Below are positions 1 through 8,364 of a stretch of 64,000 nt of DNA, piece by piece. Position numbers and translations under genes: made by a program. Location of the stretch: the IMG/VR virus record IMGVR_UViG_3300021440_000017, positions 523 through 64,522 of that record; one strand, written 5' to 3'. Position 1 is the first letter of the stretch, and each line of letters opens with the position of its first letter. Source of the DNA: a virus. The notes below the pieces were generated by a model that saw nothing but the letters and a program-made list of their open reading frames with translations, was not told the DNA's origin and searched no databases.

Positions 1-159
1 CTGGCTCTTGTTCAGCAGCGTCTTCAACGGCTTGACCGCCTCGGTCGCTGCCTTCTTGGCGCGCTTGACGACGGTCTTCACCTTCTTCACGGCGACACGT
101 GCGGTAGCCTTGCTGGCGGTCTTGACCAGGGGCTTCGATTTGGCTTTCTTCTTCAACAT
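1..159 (-). CDS. Lys/Ala-rich basic (histone-like) protein, runs off window start
   Basis: Manual translation MLKKKAKSKPLVKTASKATARVAVKKVKTVVKRAKKAATEAVKPLKTLLNKSQ...; AAGGA SD upstream; not in ORF track. Confidence 0.6.
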   Translation of the reverse strand, partial: MLKKKAKSKPLVKTASKATARVAVKKVKTVVKRAKKAATEAVKPLKTLLNKSQ

Positions 160-184
160 GGGATGTTCCTTCAAGGATGGACGA

Positions 185-260
185 TGGTGCCGGCTGTCGG
201 GATCGAACTGACGACCTTCCGCTTACAAGGCGGGTGCTCTACCAACTGAGCTAAGCCGGC
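185..260 (-). tRNA. trnT: tRNA-Thr (anticodon TGT), CCA encoded
   Basis: Reverse complement GCCGGCT-TA-GCTC AGTTGGTA GAGC-A-CCCGC CTTGTAA GCGGA-AGGTC-GTCAG TTCGATC CCGAC-AGCCGGC-A-CCA gives a 76-nt cloverleaf. Confidence 0.95.
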
Positions 261-340
261 GATGCACGAACTGTGCGATACGAAATTAGCTGGCGCAGCG
301 CCAACCGTGTTTTACTCGTGTTTTCTCGTGGTTTGTCCTT

Positions 341-955
341 TCAGGTACGTTGTTGGAGGAACCGGCCGAATGCTTGCAGCGTCGCCAAGTTGTGCTGGAC
401 GTCCCGCGCTGCCGTGTGCGCAGCATCGTCAACGTCTCTGCCCGTACCCAGCGGGAGCTTGCGGTATAGCGTGCGCAGGTCCAGTTCGGCCTTATGCTTC
501 CACAGGTCCTTCTTGGCAAGGAACTGGTCACTGAGGGTCGCCAACACCGAGTAGTCGAAGCTCGACTTGTTGATCCACAGTTCGTCCAGCGGGAACGCCA
601 GTTCACGAAGGTCCGCAAGCACCGAACCCGGCGGTGCGGCATCCGCGCAGTTGAGCCTTGCGTTCAGGTCTTCGTACTTGCCGAGGGCCCAGGTGACGGT
701 GTTCGGGTCGATGAAGCGGCCTGCTGCCACCTGCGGCCAGATTTCGATGTGCCACAGCCACGTTTGCGCGCTGTGGGCCCTGTAGTAGGCGTCAACATCG
801 GCGACGAGCAGCGCGACTTCGTACACCACCGCGTTGGGACGCACAGCGAGGGTTTCACAGTCCACGGTGCCGATCTTGAGCACGGTCTGCACGGGCTCCG
901 TCTCGTAGACGACTCCCGGGTGATCCCCGTTCTTCAGCGTGATTGGCGTAACCAT
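341..955 (-). CDS. DEDDh 3'-5' exonuclease / exoribonuclease (DnaQ-like, phage type)
   Basis: VDCETLA (ExoI), SFDYSVL (ExoII), HTAARD (ExoIII) motifs. Confidence 0.8.
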   Translation of the reverse strand: MVTPITLKNGDHPGVVYETEPVQTVLKIGTVDCETLAVRPNAVVYEVALLVADVDAYYRAHSAQTWLWHIEIWPQVAAGRFIDPNTVTWALGKYEDLNARLNCADAAPPGSVLADLRELAFPLDELWINKSSFDYSVLATLSDQFLAKKDLWKHKAELDLRTLYRKLPLGTGRDVDDAAHTAARDVQHNLATLQAFGRFLQQRT

Positions 956-1074
956 CAGCCGAACGCCTTGGGCAGCAGTTGGACCACGCGCATACCGAAG
1001 TACGCGATGCCGCCGAGGCAGAAGCCGACGGCGATAGCTTGACGCAGGGTCAAGCTCGAAAGGAAGCGTTTCAT
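955..1074 (-). CDS. small single-pass membrane protein (39 aa)
   Basis: MKRFLSSLTLRQAIAVGFCLGGIAYFGMRVVQLLPKAFG; GGAG SD; TGATG overlap with exonuclease start. Confidence 0.55.
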   Translation of the reverse strand: MKRFLSSLTLRQAIAVGFCLGGIAYFGMRVVQLLPKAFG

Positions 1075-1091
1075 ACGTTCTCCAATGACGA

Positions 1092-1125
1092 ACGGGCCAG
1101 GGTCTGTCTTAGCACCCTGGCCCGT
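1092..1125 (-). terminator. 12-bp perfect hairpin, possible terminator or processing site
   Basis: ACGGGCCAGGGT-N10-ACCCTGGCCCGT in an intergenic gap; U-tract weak. Confidence 0.5.
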
Positions 1126-1134
1126 GGTTCTCGA

Positions 1135-1563
1135 TCAGCGCTTGCGCTTGCTCGCGGCCACCGGGATCGCCGCCGGCGACGCGGCCGGCAGCACCGGCAT
1201 CGGCGACGGTGCCGTGGTGGACACGGCTTTCGCCTTCTTGCCGGGTTTCGGCATCTTCACCTTGGCCTTGGCCGCGCGCTTCTCGTCACGCGCCTGCTTG
1301 TCCGCGATCTTGGCGCGCAGCCGGAGTTCGATGCGCGCGAGCGCTTCGCCGTGCAGGCTCCGCAGCAGCGAGTGCACGCCGGACTCGACGTCCTGGAGAT
1401 TCATGGCTGCCATGGCCTTGTCCAGCGCTTCTTTCAGCTTCTCGACGGTCTTCGCGTCGTCGAACTTGGTGGCCTGCTTCTCCACGGTGGCCGCCGCTGT
1501 GCGCAGCGTCTTGACCATCGAGGCCAGCGTCTTCTTCATGTTCTTCGTCGTTGCCATTGTCAT
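1135..1563 (-). CDS. basic coiled-coil protein with Lys/Ala/Pro-rich tail
   Basis: MTMATTKNMKK...AASKRKR; AAGGA SD before ATG at 1563. Confidence 0.65.
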   Translation of the reverse strand: MTMATTKNMKKTLASMVKTLRTAAATVEKQATKFDDAKTVEKLKEALDKAMAAMNLQDVESGVHSLLRSLHGEALARIELRLRAKIADKQARDEKRAAKAKVKMPKPGKKAKAVSTTAPSPMPVLPAASPAAIPVAASKRKR

Positions 1564-1961
1564 CAGTCCTTCTTGAGGTTTTCGCGGCTTTTGATCCCGG
1601 AGCCGCGAAATGCCGGGTTCTGGTACAGAAAGTGTCGCACTTCTGATCCCAGGTGAGCGAATGAGTTGCCTTCCACGTGGATGTGCAGCGTGCTGGTGTC
1701 TCGCACGATGGAGAGCCCGCTTCTGGTGTCCCACCGGTCCACGACGGTGATCGTCGAGAATTCGCCGAGGTCGGTGAGGTTGACGATGGCGTCGAGCACG
1801 GCGTTCACCGTGTAGAACCGGCGTACGCCTCGGTGAGCCAGATGTATGGGGACCGCGTTCACGGTCATGGCGTAGCGCATGCCGTAGTCGAACTGCTTGG
1901 CGATCAGCAGCAGGCTGCCGACGATGATCGCGGCGTACCCGAGAATCAGATACCAAGGCAT
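1563..1961 (-). CDS. hypothetical protein with N-terminal TM helix
   Basis: MPWYLILGYAAIIVGSLLLIAK...; GGAG SD; overlaps neighbours. Confidence 0.6.
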   Translation of the reverse strand: MPWYLILGYAAIIVGSLLLIAKQFDYGMRYAMTVNAVPIHLAHRGVRRFYTVNAVLDAIVNLTDLGEFSTITVVDRWDTRSGLSIVRDTSTLHIHVEGNSFAHLGSEVRHFLYQNPAFRGSGIKSRENLKKD

Positions 1962-2176
1962 GTTCGCACTCCGTTGCTGAGACACAGATAAACGATGGCG
2001 GCAACCAGCACGAGGTACACCGCGTAGGCGAGCCCCACGTGTACCGCCATCTGCTCGCGGTCCAGCGGCAGGATGGCCTTGCGACCGTACAGCGCAGCAC
2101 GCCACACGGATACGAGGCGGAAGAGAAAGAACACGGCGATCAGCAACGCTGAGGCCCAGGTGAGAACTTGGTGCAT
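1946..2176 (-). CDS. two-TM membrane protein
   Basis: MHQVLTWASALLIAVFFLF... and ...GLAYAVYLVLVAAIVYLCL; GAGG SD. Confidence 0.6.
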   Translation of the reverse strand: MHQVLTWASALLIAVFFLFRLVSVWRAALYGRKAILPLDREQMAVHVGLAYAVYLVLVAAIVYLCLSNGVRTCLGI

Positions 2177-2376
2177 GTGACCCTCGAATGTGGAAGAGCC
2201 CGAGTCGGGTATTCCGATTCGGACATACGTTGATCGAAGCCGAACTTGACCCAGGGACTGGCGTCTTCGACTGCGGAACACGCGGCATCGGACGCTTCCA
2301 TGCTCACGCCCTGAGCGGCGCAGTACATGGCGGCGAGGGCGCGGCCCAACGCGACTTGCTGTTGCGGCGTCGCCAC
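2140..2376 (-). CDS. hypothetical protein
   Basis: GTG start with AAGGGG SD just after ClpS stop. Confidence 0.45.
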   Translation of the reverse strand: MATPQQQVALGRALAAMYCAAQGVSMEASDAACSAVEDASPWVKFGFDQRMSESEYPTRALPHSRVTCTKFSPGPQRC

Positions 2377-2379
2377 CGC

Positions 2380-2787
2380 TCAGTCCCCCTTGGTTTCCAG
2401 TTCGACGGTGAACTGGAGTTCGCAGCCGCCCGTCTGCGACATCCGAGTGAAGAAGTCGCGGTCGGGCACCGCGCCCGCGATGAGCACGAGGGCTCGCTGG
2501 TGCATGGTGTCGGCCACGTCCTTGGAGACGACAGTGACGACGGAGGGCGCGTTCGTCGTGTGCACAGCCATCATGATCTGATGCGCCCGTCGCGCGTCCA
2601 CGGCGAAGCACTCGTTCAGGACTTCCGTGACGAACCTCGGGTTCGTGGAGCCGTCGTTGTGCAGCAGCACTGCGTACATGGGCGGCTTGGCCGGGGTTTC
2701 CTCGCGCACGGTGTCGAGTACCGGCGGACGGTCGATCACGGTGGTGTCACCGGGCACGGCGTTGCCGAAGATGCGTTCTGCGTTCAT
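2380..2787 (-). CDS. clpS: ClpS-like N-degron adaptor for Clp protease
   Basis: PPMYAVLLHND..T...FVTEVL..CF...A.QIMMAVH matches the ClpS core; GAGGA SD before ATG 2787. Confidence 0.85.
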   Translation of the reverse strand: MNAERIFGNAVPGDTTVIDRPPVLDTVREETPAKPPMYAVLLHNDGSTNPRFVTEVLNECFAVDARRAHQIMMAVHTTNAPSVVTVVSKDVADTMHQRALVLIAGAVPDRDFFTRMSQTGGCELQFTVELETKGD

Positions 2788-2795
2788 GATGATCC

Positions 2796-3035
2796 TCAAT
2801 CGTTCTCGACCGTCAGGCCGAAGTGTTGAACAGTGTGACGAAAGTCCTTCTTGGAGCACCCGAGCAGAATGGCTCGGAGCACACGCTCTTGGTGCTCCAT
2901 TTGGGCCTTCAGCTTCTCCAGTTCCCCGGCATGGTAGTCCGGGCACGAAGTCAGCAGGTGATCGACGATCGGCCCACGGTCGTCGAGGTCCACGCGGTTG
3001 TCGCCGCGCAGTGATCTGATTAGCGTTGTTGCCAT
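2796..3035 (-). CDS. hypothetical protein
   Basis: GAGG SD, operon packing. Confidence 0.6.
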   Translation of the reverse strand: MATTLIRSLRGDNRVDLDDRGPIVDHLLTSCPDYHAGELEKLKAQMEHQERVLRAILLGCSKKDFRHTVQHFGLTVEND

Positions 3036-3039
3036 GGCC

Positions 3040-3591
3040 TCACCATGTGGTTGAGACGAAGAACAGAATCTCGTCGGCGTACCGACGAAGACGAAAGCGA
3101 AAACCCGTAGCCAGCGGCGGCTCCCTTGGTGGCGGTTTGCCGCCGGCAGCTACGAGTTCGGCGTCGCGGCGTGCCTGCTCGGCGAGCTTGGTGTCAGCGG
3201 CAGCTTTCGCCACCAGGTCTTCCCACACCCAACACCCTTCGTGCGTGAACGGGAAGCTCCGTGGCGCACGGGTGATACCAGTGACTTCGGTGAGCCCGTC
3301 CATCGCACGTTGCACGTCACGCTGCGTCAGCGCGTTGCGGTCGTACTTGATTTCCGCACTGTGCGTGCTCCCGGGTATCACGCGGTTGTCGTTGTCGTAC
3401 CGAGCCTGGAACCTTCGACGAATCGGTCGAACTCCGGTGCGGTGTCCGAGTCGTGCTTCGAGCACGGCGGTGACCTCCTCGACGGTCAACGGCTTTGCCA
3501 TCGCCCGTACATCGTCAGCGGTCTTCGGCCTCGACGGCGGTACGTCGATCACCGGGCGTGGACCACTGTTCTTTCTTGTCAGCTTGCGCAT
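3040..3591 (-). CDS. hypothetical protein, first gene after promoter A
   Basis: MRKLTRKNSG...; AAGGAGA SD. Confidence 0.7.
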   Translation of the reverse strand: MRKLTRKNSGPRPVIDVPPSRPKTADDVRAMAKPLTVEEVTAVLEARLGHRTGVRPIRRRFQARYDNDNRVIPGSTHSAEIKYDRNALTQRDVQRAMDGLTEVTGITRAPRSFPFTHEGCWVWEDLVAKAAADTKLAEQARRDAELVAAGGKPPPREPPLATGFRFRLRRYADEILFFVSTTW

Positions 3592-3604
3592 GATTCTCCT
3601 TGTC

Positions 3605-3693
3605 GCTGGAATTTCCAAGTTGCATTGTCTTCCGGGTTTCCAGCATTGACCCGTCGGCAACCACAGTTTACCACAGTCCGGCTACCGTAGCAA
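3605..3693 (-). promoter_or_regulatory. sigma70-type promoter A plus conserved structured leader
   Basis: TTGCTA-17-TAAACT with TG extension; leader stem GCTGGAA/TTCCAGC enclosing ACC...AACTTGGAAA. Confidence 0.75.
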
Positions 3694-4281
3694 ACCGAAC
3701 TTGGTGAGAATCGCCAGGGCTCTGCCGTAGTCACACCCGGTATCTGAGCGGAACGTCAGCAGGTAACGGTCGGATTCCGAAGCGCCCATGTTGAAGTCGT
3801 GGTACACGTCGGTGTTGAACAGGATCGCCCCGTCTTCCACGCAGAACGTCCGGGTGCATGCCGGCTCGCGTAGCCCCGGCGTGTTCAACTCCAGTTCACG
3901 GGAGACCACGAGGTCGCCACGCTTGAGGTTCACACGGGGCGCATCCGACATGGTGGCTTCGGCGTACCACGAGGTCCGGCAGTCGTTGACGGAGCCCGTG
4001 CTGAGCACGTAGTTGATGCCCATGCGGAGACTGCCGCCGTCTTTGTGCGGACGGTAGTAGTAGCCCGGCGAGGTCACGAACAACTGCACGAACTTCGGTA
4101 CGAGTCCGAACTCCCGACCACCAGGGATCTCCGCGATCATCGCTGAGGCCACATCGTCCGGGTACGAGAACTTGCGGAAGCCCGGCCGTTCGTATTTCAA
4201 CGTGCGAGGCCCAGCAGCGAGTTCACGGATCACGTGCTCTCGTTCATGGTGGAACACACGGTAGTATGAGTCAGAGGTCAT
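3682..4281 (-). CDS. 2OG-Fe(II) oxygenase / cupin-like protein
   Basis: HxD (RPHKDG), distal His (ILFNTDVYHD) and following Arg (DRYLLTFR). Confidence 0.7.
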   Translation of the reverse strand: MTSDSYYRVFHHEREHVIRELAAGPRTLKYERPGFRKFSYPDDVASAMIAEIPGGREFGLVPKFVQLFVTSPGYYYRPHKDGGSLRMGINYVLSTGSVNDCRTSWYAEATMSDAPRVNLKRGDLVVSRELELNTPGLREPACTRTFCVEDGAILFNTDVYHDFNMGASESDRYLLTFRSDTGCDYGRALAILTKFGLLR

Positions 4282-4290
4282 GATGTCTCC

Positions 4291-4602
4291 TTAAGCGATG
4301 CGTGCTCTGAACCAGGCCATCGCGTCTTTCATGTACTGCACACGAGCAGCACGAAGTTCCGGGTCGCCCCGGTCGGACACGTAGATCACAGGGCCGTTCT
4401 CCATTTCGATCTGCAACACGTGGATGCTGACACACAGCCACGAGAGGCCGAACAGGTAGCGTCCATCCGTGTACGTGCAGACTCGACCCTCTCTCCAGTA
4501 CCGAAGCCCTCGGTACGCGGCCACGAGTTGTGCGCGCAGCACGCGCCAGGGCCGGATCATGTAGTAACCGTCCGGGATCGCCGGTACGTGCTTCACTGCC
4601 AT
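4291..4602 (-). CDS. hypothetical protein
   Basis: GAGGAG SD, operon packing. Confidence 0.6.
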   Translation of the reverse strand: MAVKHVPAIPDGYYMIRPWRVLRAQLVAAYRGLRYWREGRVCTYTDGRYLFGLSWLCVSIHVLQIEMENGPVIYVSDRGDPELRAARVQYMKDAMAWFRARIA

Positions 4603-4612
4603 ACGTTGCTCC

Positions 4613-4942
4613 TCAGGTGATGACTGGAATCGGGTCGGCCTCTCGAATCTCGATGCGCACGACTTCGCGGATGGAAACCCGCTCGCCTTGAATGCTCTTG
4701 CGCGTAGCCACCGAGAACCGACGCGAGAACGGCAGTTCCAGAGGCGTCCACGACTCGGCGGCGATGGCAGCCACCGTCTTGGGCAACAGCGTGGCGCACA
4801 CTTTGGGGTGCACCGTTTTGAGCAACTCGTCCAGGGTGATGCCCCGGGGTCGCCTGTACTCCACCACCCGGGAATCGCTCTCGCCCTCTTCTTCGTCGCC
4901 GAAGACTACGCGGTCCACGTTCAGTTCGATGATGATGCGCAT
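4613..4942 (-). CDS. hypothetical protein
   Basis: GGAGGG SD, operon packing. Confidence 0.6.
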   Translation of the reverse strand: MRIIIELNVDRVVFGDEEEGESDSRVVEYRRPRGITLDELLKTVHPKVCATLLPKTVAAIAAESWTPLELPFSRRFSVATRKSIQGERVSIREVVRIEIREADPIPVIT

Positions 4943-4944
4943 GT

Positions 4945-5406
4945 TCAGGCCCTCCGAGCCAGTTGGATTTCACGAGCGCGGTCAGCCACTCGCTTCTGCC
5001 TGAGCTTCAGAGCTTTGCGCTCCGCCGCGTCGAAGTCCTTGCGACGGAACTTGCCGAGCACGCCGACTCGGATGTGCACTGGAGCCTGCTTGCGATGCAC
5101 GCCGTGGACCACGAAATGAAAGCGTATGCCCTCGGGCGTCACGCGGTCCACGAGCGTGACGCCGGCGTCGGGCTTGCACTTGCAGTCGTACACCGGACGG
5201 TGCTTCTCTGCGTGTGCGGTTGCCGCGTCGAATGCCGGTTGCACGCCTCCGTACTTGGAGTCCGAGAAGAAGGCGTTGTGCTCGGGTGCAGCCTTGAACC
5301 GGACTTGCCAGCCGTTGAACTTCTCGGAAGTCACGCGGCTGACGTTCGTTGGTATTGAGAACCATTCGCTGCCCACGCGGAGCTTGCGGTAACGAACGGC
5401 GATCAC
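4945..5406 (-). CDS. AP2-domain-like DNA-binding protein
   Basis: GWQVRF...FFSDSKYGG..PAFDAA.AH resembles AP2 domains of phage/apicomplexan type; GTG start overlaps upstream TGA. Confidence 0.55.
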   Translation of the reverse strand: MIAVRYRKLRVGSEWFSIPTNVSRVTSEKFNGWQVRFKAAPEHNAFFSDSKYGGVQPAFDAATAHAEKHRPVYDCKCKPDAGVTLVDRVTPEGIRFHFVVHGVHRKQAPVHIRVGVLGKFRRKDFDAAERKALKLRQKRVADRAREIQLARRA

Positions 5407-5846
5407 AGCCAGGCCTCCGCCAGCGCCAGGGTTTCGTAGAGCGCGGGTATGCCCTTCTCGCCGGCGAACGCCGTGAACGTCCTGCTGTTGGTGTCCACGC
5501 GGATGCTGATGTACCGCAGAGAGGCAGACGACGACGGCCACTGTTCCGTGCTGGACAGCCGGCGCACGACTTCCGCGAAGTGGTGCAGTAGGTCTAGGGG
5601 CAGCCAGCGATTATCCGAGGCTGCGATCTTCAGCGGAGCCAGCAGCGTTTGCAATTCGCAATCGTGCAACAGCCGTTGAAAGTCCCGCTCGGTCATGGCT
5701 TCTTCGAGCTTCGTCGCGGTGGTCACCGGGCTGCCATTGCGTAGCCCTTCGTAGTAAGCGTAGACCTCATCGCGGGTGCGTGTCTCGCCCTCGACCAGGT
5801 GGAAGTGCGACTCGACGAGAATCGCAATCGGATCAGCGTTTGCCAT
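5403..5846 (-). CDS. hypothetical protein
   Basis: AAAGG SD, operon packing. Confidence 0.6.
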   Translation of the reverse strand: MANADPIAILVESHFHLVEGETRTRDEVYAYYEGLRNGSPVTTATKLEEAMTERDFQRLLHDCELQTLLAPLKIAASDNRWLPLDLLHHFAEVVRRLSSTEQWPSSSASLRYISIRVDTNSRTFTAFAGEKGIPALYETLALAEAWL

Positions 5847-5855
5847 GATGGCCTT

Positions 5856-6071
5856 TCAGCAAGAGAACAGGTAGTGGAAATTACCCGGATGGTCCGGGCA
5901 CGGATGCGGGTTGGCCTCGCCGGAACGGAACGTCGCATCACTCGACGGCGCCCACTGCGACCTCACACCTGTCGGGTGCTCGGTGTTGAGCCGCACGGTG
6001 GCCTCTTCGGGTTTCAGACACGTGCACACGCTGGCGTAGCACAGCCCGACGGAGTACGCTTCAAACTCCAT
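5856..6071 (-). CDS. small Cys/His-rich protein
   Basis: SVCTCL...HPTG...NPHPCPDHP...HYLFSC. Confidence 0.6.
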   Translation of the reverse strand: MEFEAYSVGLCYASVCTCLKPEEATVRLNTEHPTGVRSQWAPSSDATFRSGEANPHPCPDHPGNFHYLFSC

Positions 6072-6498
6072 GAACGCCTCCGCAACGGTGGATCACGGAG
6101 TTCAGGAGCCCTGGCGCCGGCGTGAACCCATGCCGGACGTACCACGCACACAGTTCTTCCGTGCTCGGGTTCCCAACTCCGTAGCTGTTGATCGGACACC
6201 AAATGCCTGCGTTGTGCGCCGTGGCAAGTCCGATCACGGTGGTCAGCAGGTTCGAGCCGATGCCCTGACGGCGTGAGCCATGCGGTACGATGATCCGGTT
6301 GAAGAACCAGATGGGGCGGCTCCAGAACGGGTCTTCGAGGTCCAAGGGGAAGCCGAGTTCGGCATTCGATTGGTACACGCGCGTGGCGTCTTCACGGCCC
6401 GTCGTGTACACCGTGAGGTCGGCCGACGCGATGTGCGCGACACCGACTTTGACGTACGCGGAGACGCTGCGGTCTACGACAGAGGCGACGACTTTCAT
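6061..6498 (-). CDS. GNAT acetyltransferase
   Basis: Acetyl-CoA motif VPHGSRRQGIGSNLL and terminal WYVRHGF. Confidence 0.8.
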   Translation of the reverse strand: MKVVASVVDRSVSAYVKVGVAHIASADLTVYTTGREDATRVYQSNAELGFPLDLEDPFWSRPIWFFNRIIVPHGSRRQGIGSNLLTTVIGLATAHNAGIWCPINSYGVGNPSTEELCAWYVRHGFTPAPGLLNSVIHRCGGVHGV

Positions 6499-7517
6499 TG
6501 GATGCTCCCGAACGTCGCGGCCAAGAACGACAGCACATCGGCCTTGGCGCGTTCACGTGACTCCGGGTGGCCGCCTGCATGCCGCGTTGCCGGAGTCATG
6601 CACGCACGCAGGTACTCTTGCAACTCGTTGCCCCGGTACTGCTGGCCGGTCTTCCAGTTCACCGAAGTGCCGTAGGCGACATCGGTTTCCGTCGTGCAGT
6701 CCGTCATGGACTGCGCACGGAACTCGTGGTACGGCCCGAGAGCATCGAAGCCGTGGCCGGCGCCTGGGTACGTGACGAGCTTGAACCCGGCCTTGGGGTA
6801 GTATTTGCGCACGAGGTCTGCGCAGTGCTCGTTCGGCGTCCAGTCGTCGGCGTCCCCGTTGAGCATGAGCACCGGCGCGTCGTTGCGGTTGCGGGAGTCC
6901 ACAATCGCCGACGAGCACGAGAAGTACAGCGGAATGTGCGCGACGAACTTGCGCGTGGTCACCGCCTCGGCGAATCGGTTGATCCACGTGAGGTACGCGA
7001 CGGACGCGCCGCGCGAGAAGCCCATGATGGCGATGCGCTTCGCGTCAATCCGGGGGTGCGTCGCCAGCAGATCGAGAGCCTTCAGCGCGTCCACCGTCTG
7101 CGACGCCACGGACACGGAGAAGAAGTTGCCCGTGTACGTGTCACGCACGCCACGGCCCGTGTAGGTGTCGATCACGAACGCAGCGATGCCAGCAGCGTTC
7201 AGCGTGTCGGCCCACACGCGGAAGTCTTTGCGCAGCACGCCGTCGCTGCCGTGAACGATGATCACGGCGGGCACCTTCTGGCCGTCAGCGACCACCGGCA
7301 TCTTCAACGTGCCGTGCACGACGACGGGTTCACGCTGCGGGTACCGGAGTGCCTGGAAGTCCGGCACCGAGAACGAGTTGAAGTAGATGCGGCCTGCGGA
7401 CTCCGCGTCGAGCGCCGTGACCGGAGCAGTTGCCGGCGCGGGAGCCAGTTCGGGTTCGACGGCGTGTGCCATCACGGATGCCAGTGCAAGCACCAGCGAC
7501 ATGAGAATGCGGTTCAT
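6495..7517 (-). CDS. exported alpha/beta hydrolase (dienelactone hydrolase family, Ser nucleophile)
   Basis: Signal peptide MNRILMSLVLALASVMAHA; HG, GFSRG, NGDADDWTP and YPGAGHGFD motifs. Confidence 0.85.
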   Translation of the reverse strand: MNRILMSLVLALASVMAHAVEPELAPAPATAPVTALDAESAGRIYFNSFSVPDFQALRYPQREPVVVHGTLKMPVVADGQKVPAVIIVHGSDGVLRKDFRVWADTLNAAGIAAFVIDTYTGRGVRDTYTGNFFSVSVASQTVDALKALDLLATHPRIDAKRIAIMGFSRGASVAYLTWINRFAEAVTTRKFVAHIPLYFSCSSAIVDSRNRNDAPVLMLNGDADDWTPNEHCADLVRKYYPKAGFKLVTYPGAGHGFDALGPYHEFRAQSMTDCTTETDVAYGTSVNWKTGQQYRGNELQEYLRACMTPATRHAGGHPESRERAKADVLSFLAATFGSIQ

Positions 7518-7966
7518 AGCGGCCCTTCGTAGCCAAGGTGGATGGTGGTGGCCCACTCTGAGTGGGAGATTCGGAGTTGCTGTTGCGTCAGCGCAGCGAG
7601 GTCGCGCACGCTCGGCTCACGTGTGGTCACGGCGTCCCCGAGCATCAGCGCGGTACGAACTCGGTGGAGTTCGACACACAGGGGTTTGAAGCCCGGTGGT
7701 TTCACGGCGCGCAGCTTCTGTTCTTCGGCCGCGAGCGCGATTGCCAGCGCGCAGACGATCAGGCCCTTGCGCGCCGGCGTTACCGGTGGCCGGTGATCTT
7801 CGCGTTCGAGCCAGGCGCGAAGTTGGGTTTCGTGCAGTTCCAGGTACGGCGTGCCCGAGTTCACGTACACGTTGAGCATCGGCCCTACGAAGCAGATGCG
7901 GATGTCAGCCCTGGTGCCGTAGTGCATCAACAGCCACGTGTACAGTTGGGTAAGCAACTCGCTCAT
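7514..7966 (-). CDS. hypothetical protein
   Basis: GGAGG SD, ATGA overlaps. Confidence 0.6.
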   Translation of the reverse strand: MSELLTQLYTWLLMHYGTRADIRICFVGPMLNVYVNSGTPYLELHETQLRAWLEREDHRPPVTPARKGLIVCALAIALAAEEQKLRAVKPPGFKPLCVELHRVRTALMLGDAVTTREPSVRDLAALTQQQLRISHSEWATTIHLGYEGPL

Positions 7967-8364
7967 GGTGCCTCCACAGTGAATCGGGCTTCACGCTTCA
8001 ACAGCCGGAACAACTCGAACGCGAACTCTTGCTTGGACACGGCAGCCGTGCACGAGAGCAACAGGTGCAGCCCGGTGCATTCTTCACCATGGACCACCAC
8101 GGGCTCGTTGAGCACAGTGTTCGCGTAAGCGAGGTCGAACAGCGCGTCGTAGTCGAAATCGTACACGAGGCGCCCGGCGGAGAACTCGGGCTTCACTGCG
8201 AAGCTCAGCGTGCGGTACAGCCCGTTCATGATCGCGTGCTCGATGTTTGCGCGCGGCACCGTCGTCGCCACGTAGCTGGACATGGGTTTGCCTGCCAACG
8301 TGTGATGCCACCAGCGTGCGTCGAACTTCCCTTTGTTCACGGTGACCGTGATCTTCATCGTCAT
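7963..8364 (-). CDS. hypothetical protein
   Basis: AAGGAG SD, overlap packing. Confidence 0.6.
   Translation of the reverse strand: MTMKITVTVNKGKFDARWWHHTLAGKPMSSYVATTVPRANIEHAIMNGLYRTLSFAVKPEFSAGRLVYDFDYDALFDLAYANTVLNEPVVVHGEECTGLHLLLSCTAAVSKQEFAFELFRLLKREARFTVEAP

Noticed and set aside
185-260. A52-C62 T-stem and C27-A43 anticodon-stem mismatches in tRNA-Thr as anti-nuclease adaptations
   Set aside because: As I recall, the A52-C62 mismatch also occurs in E. coli thrU, and a terminal 27-43 mismatch is common; no evidence of novelty
1580-1610. TTTCGCGGCT-N11-AGCCGCGAAA inverted repeat as a terminator
   Set aside because: Lies inside a coding region and has no U-tract on the coding strand; function unsupported
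1135-2100. ORF-track starts that extend far upstream (also 1563-2288, 1946-2611, 9745-10617, 50249-51733, 45392-47254)
   Set aside because: Extensions overlap other real genes; SD-supported internal starts were used instead
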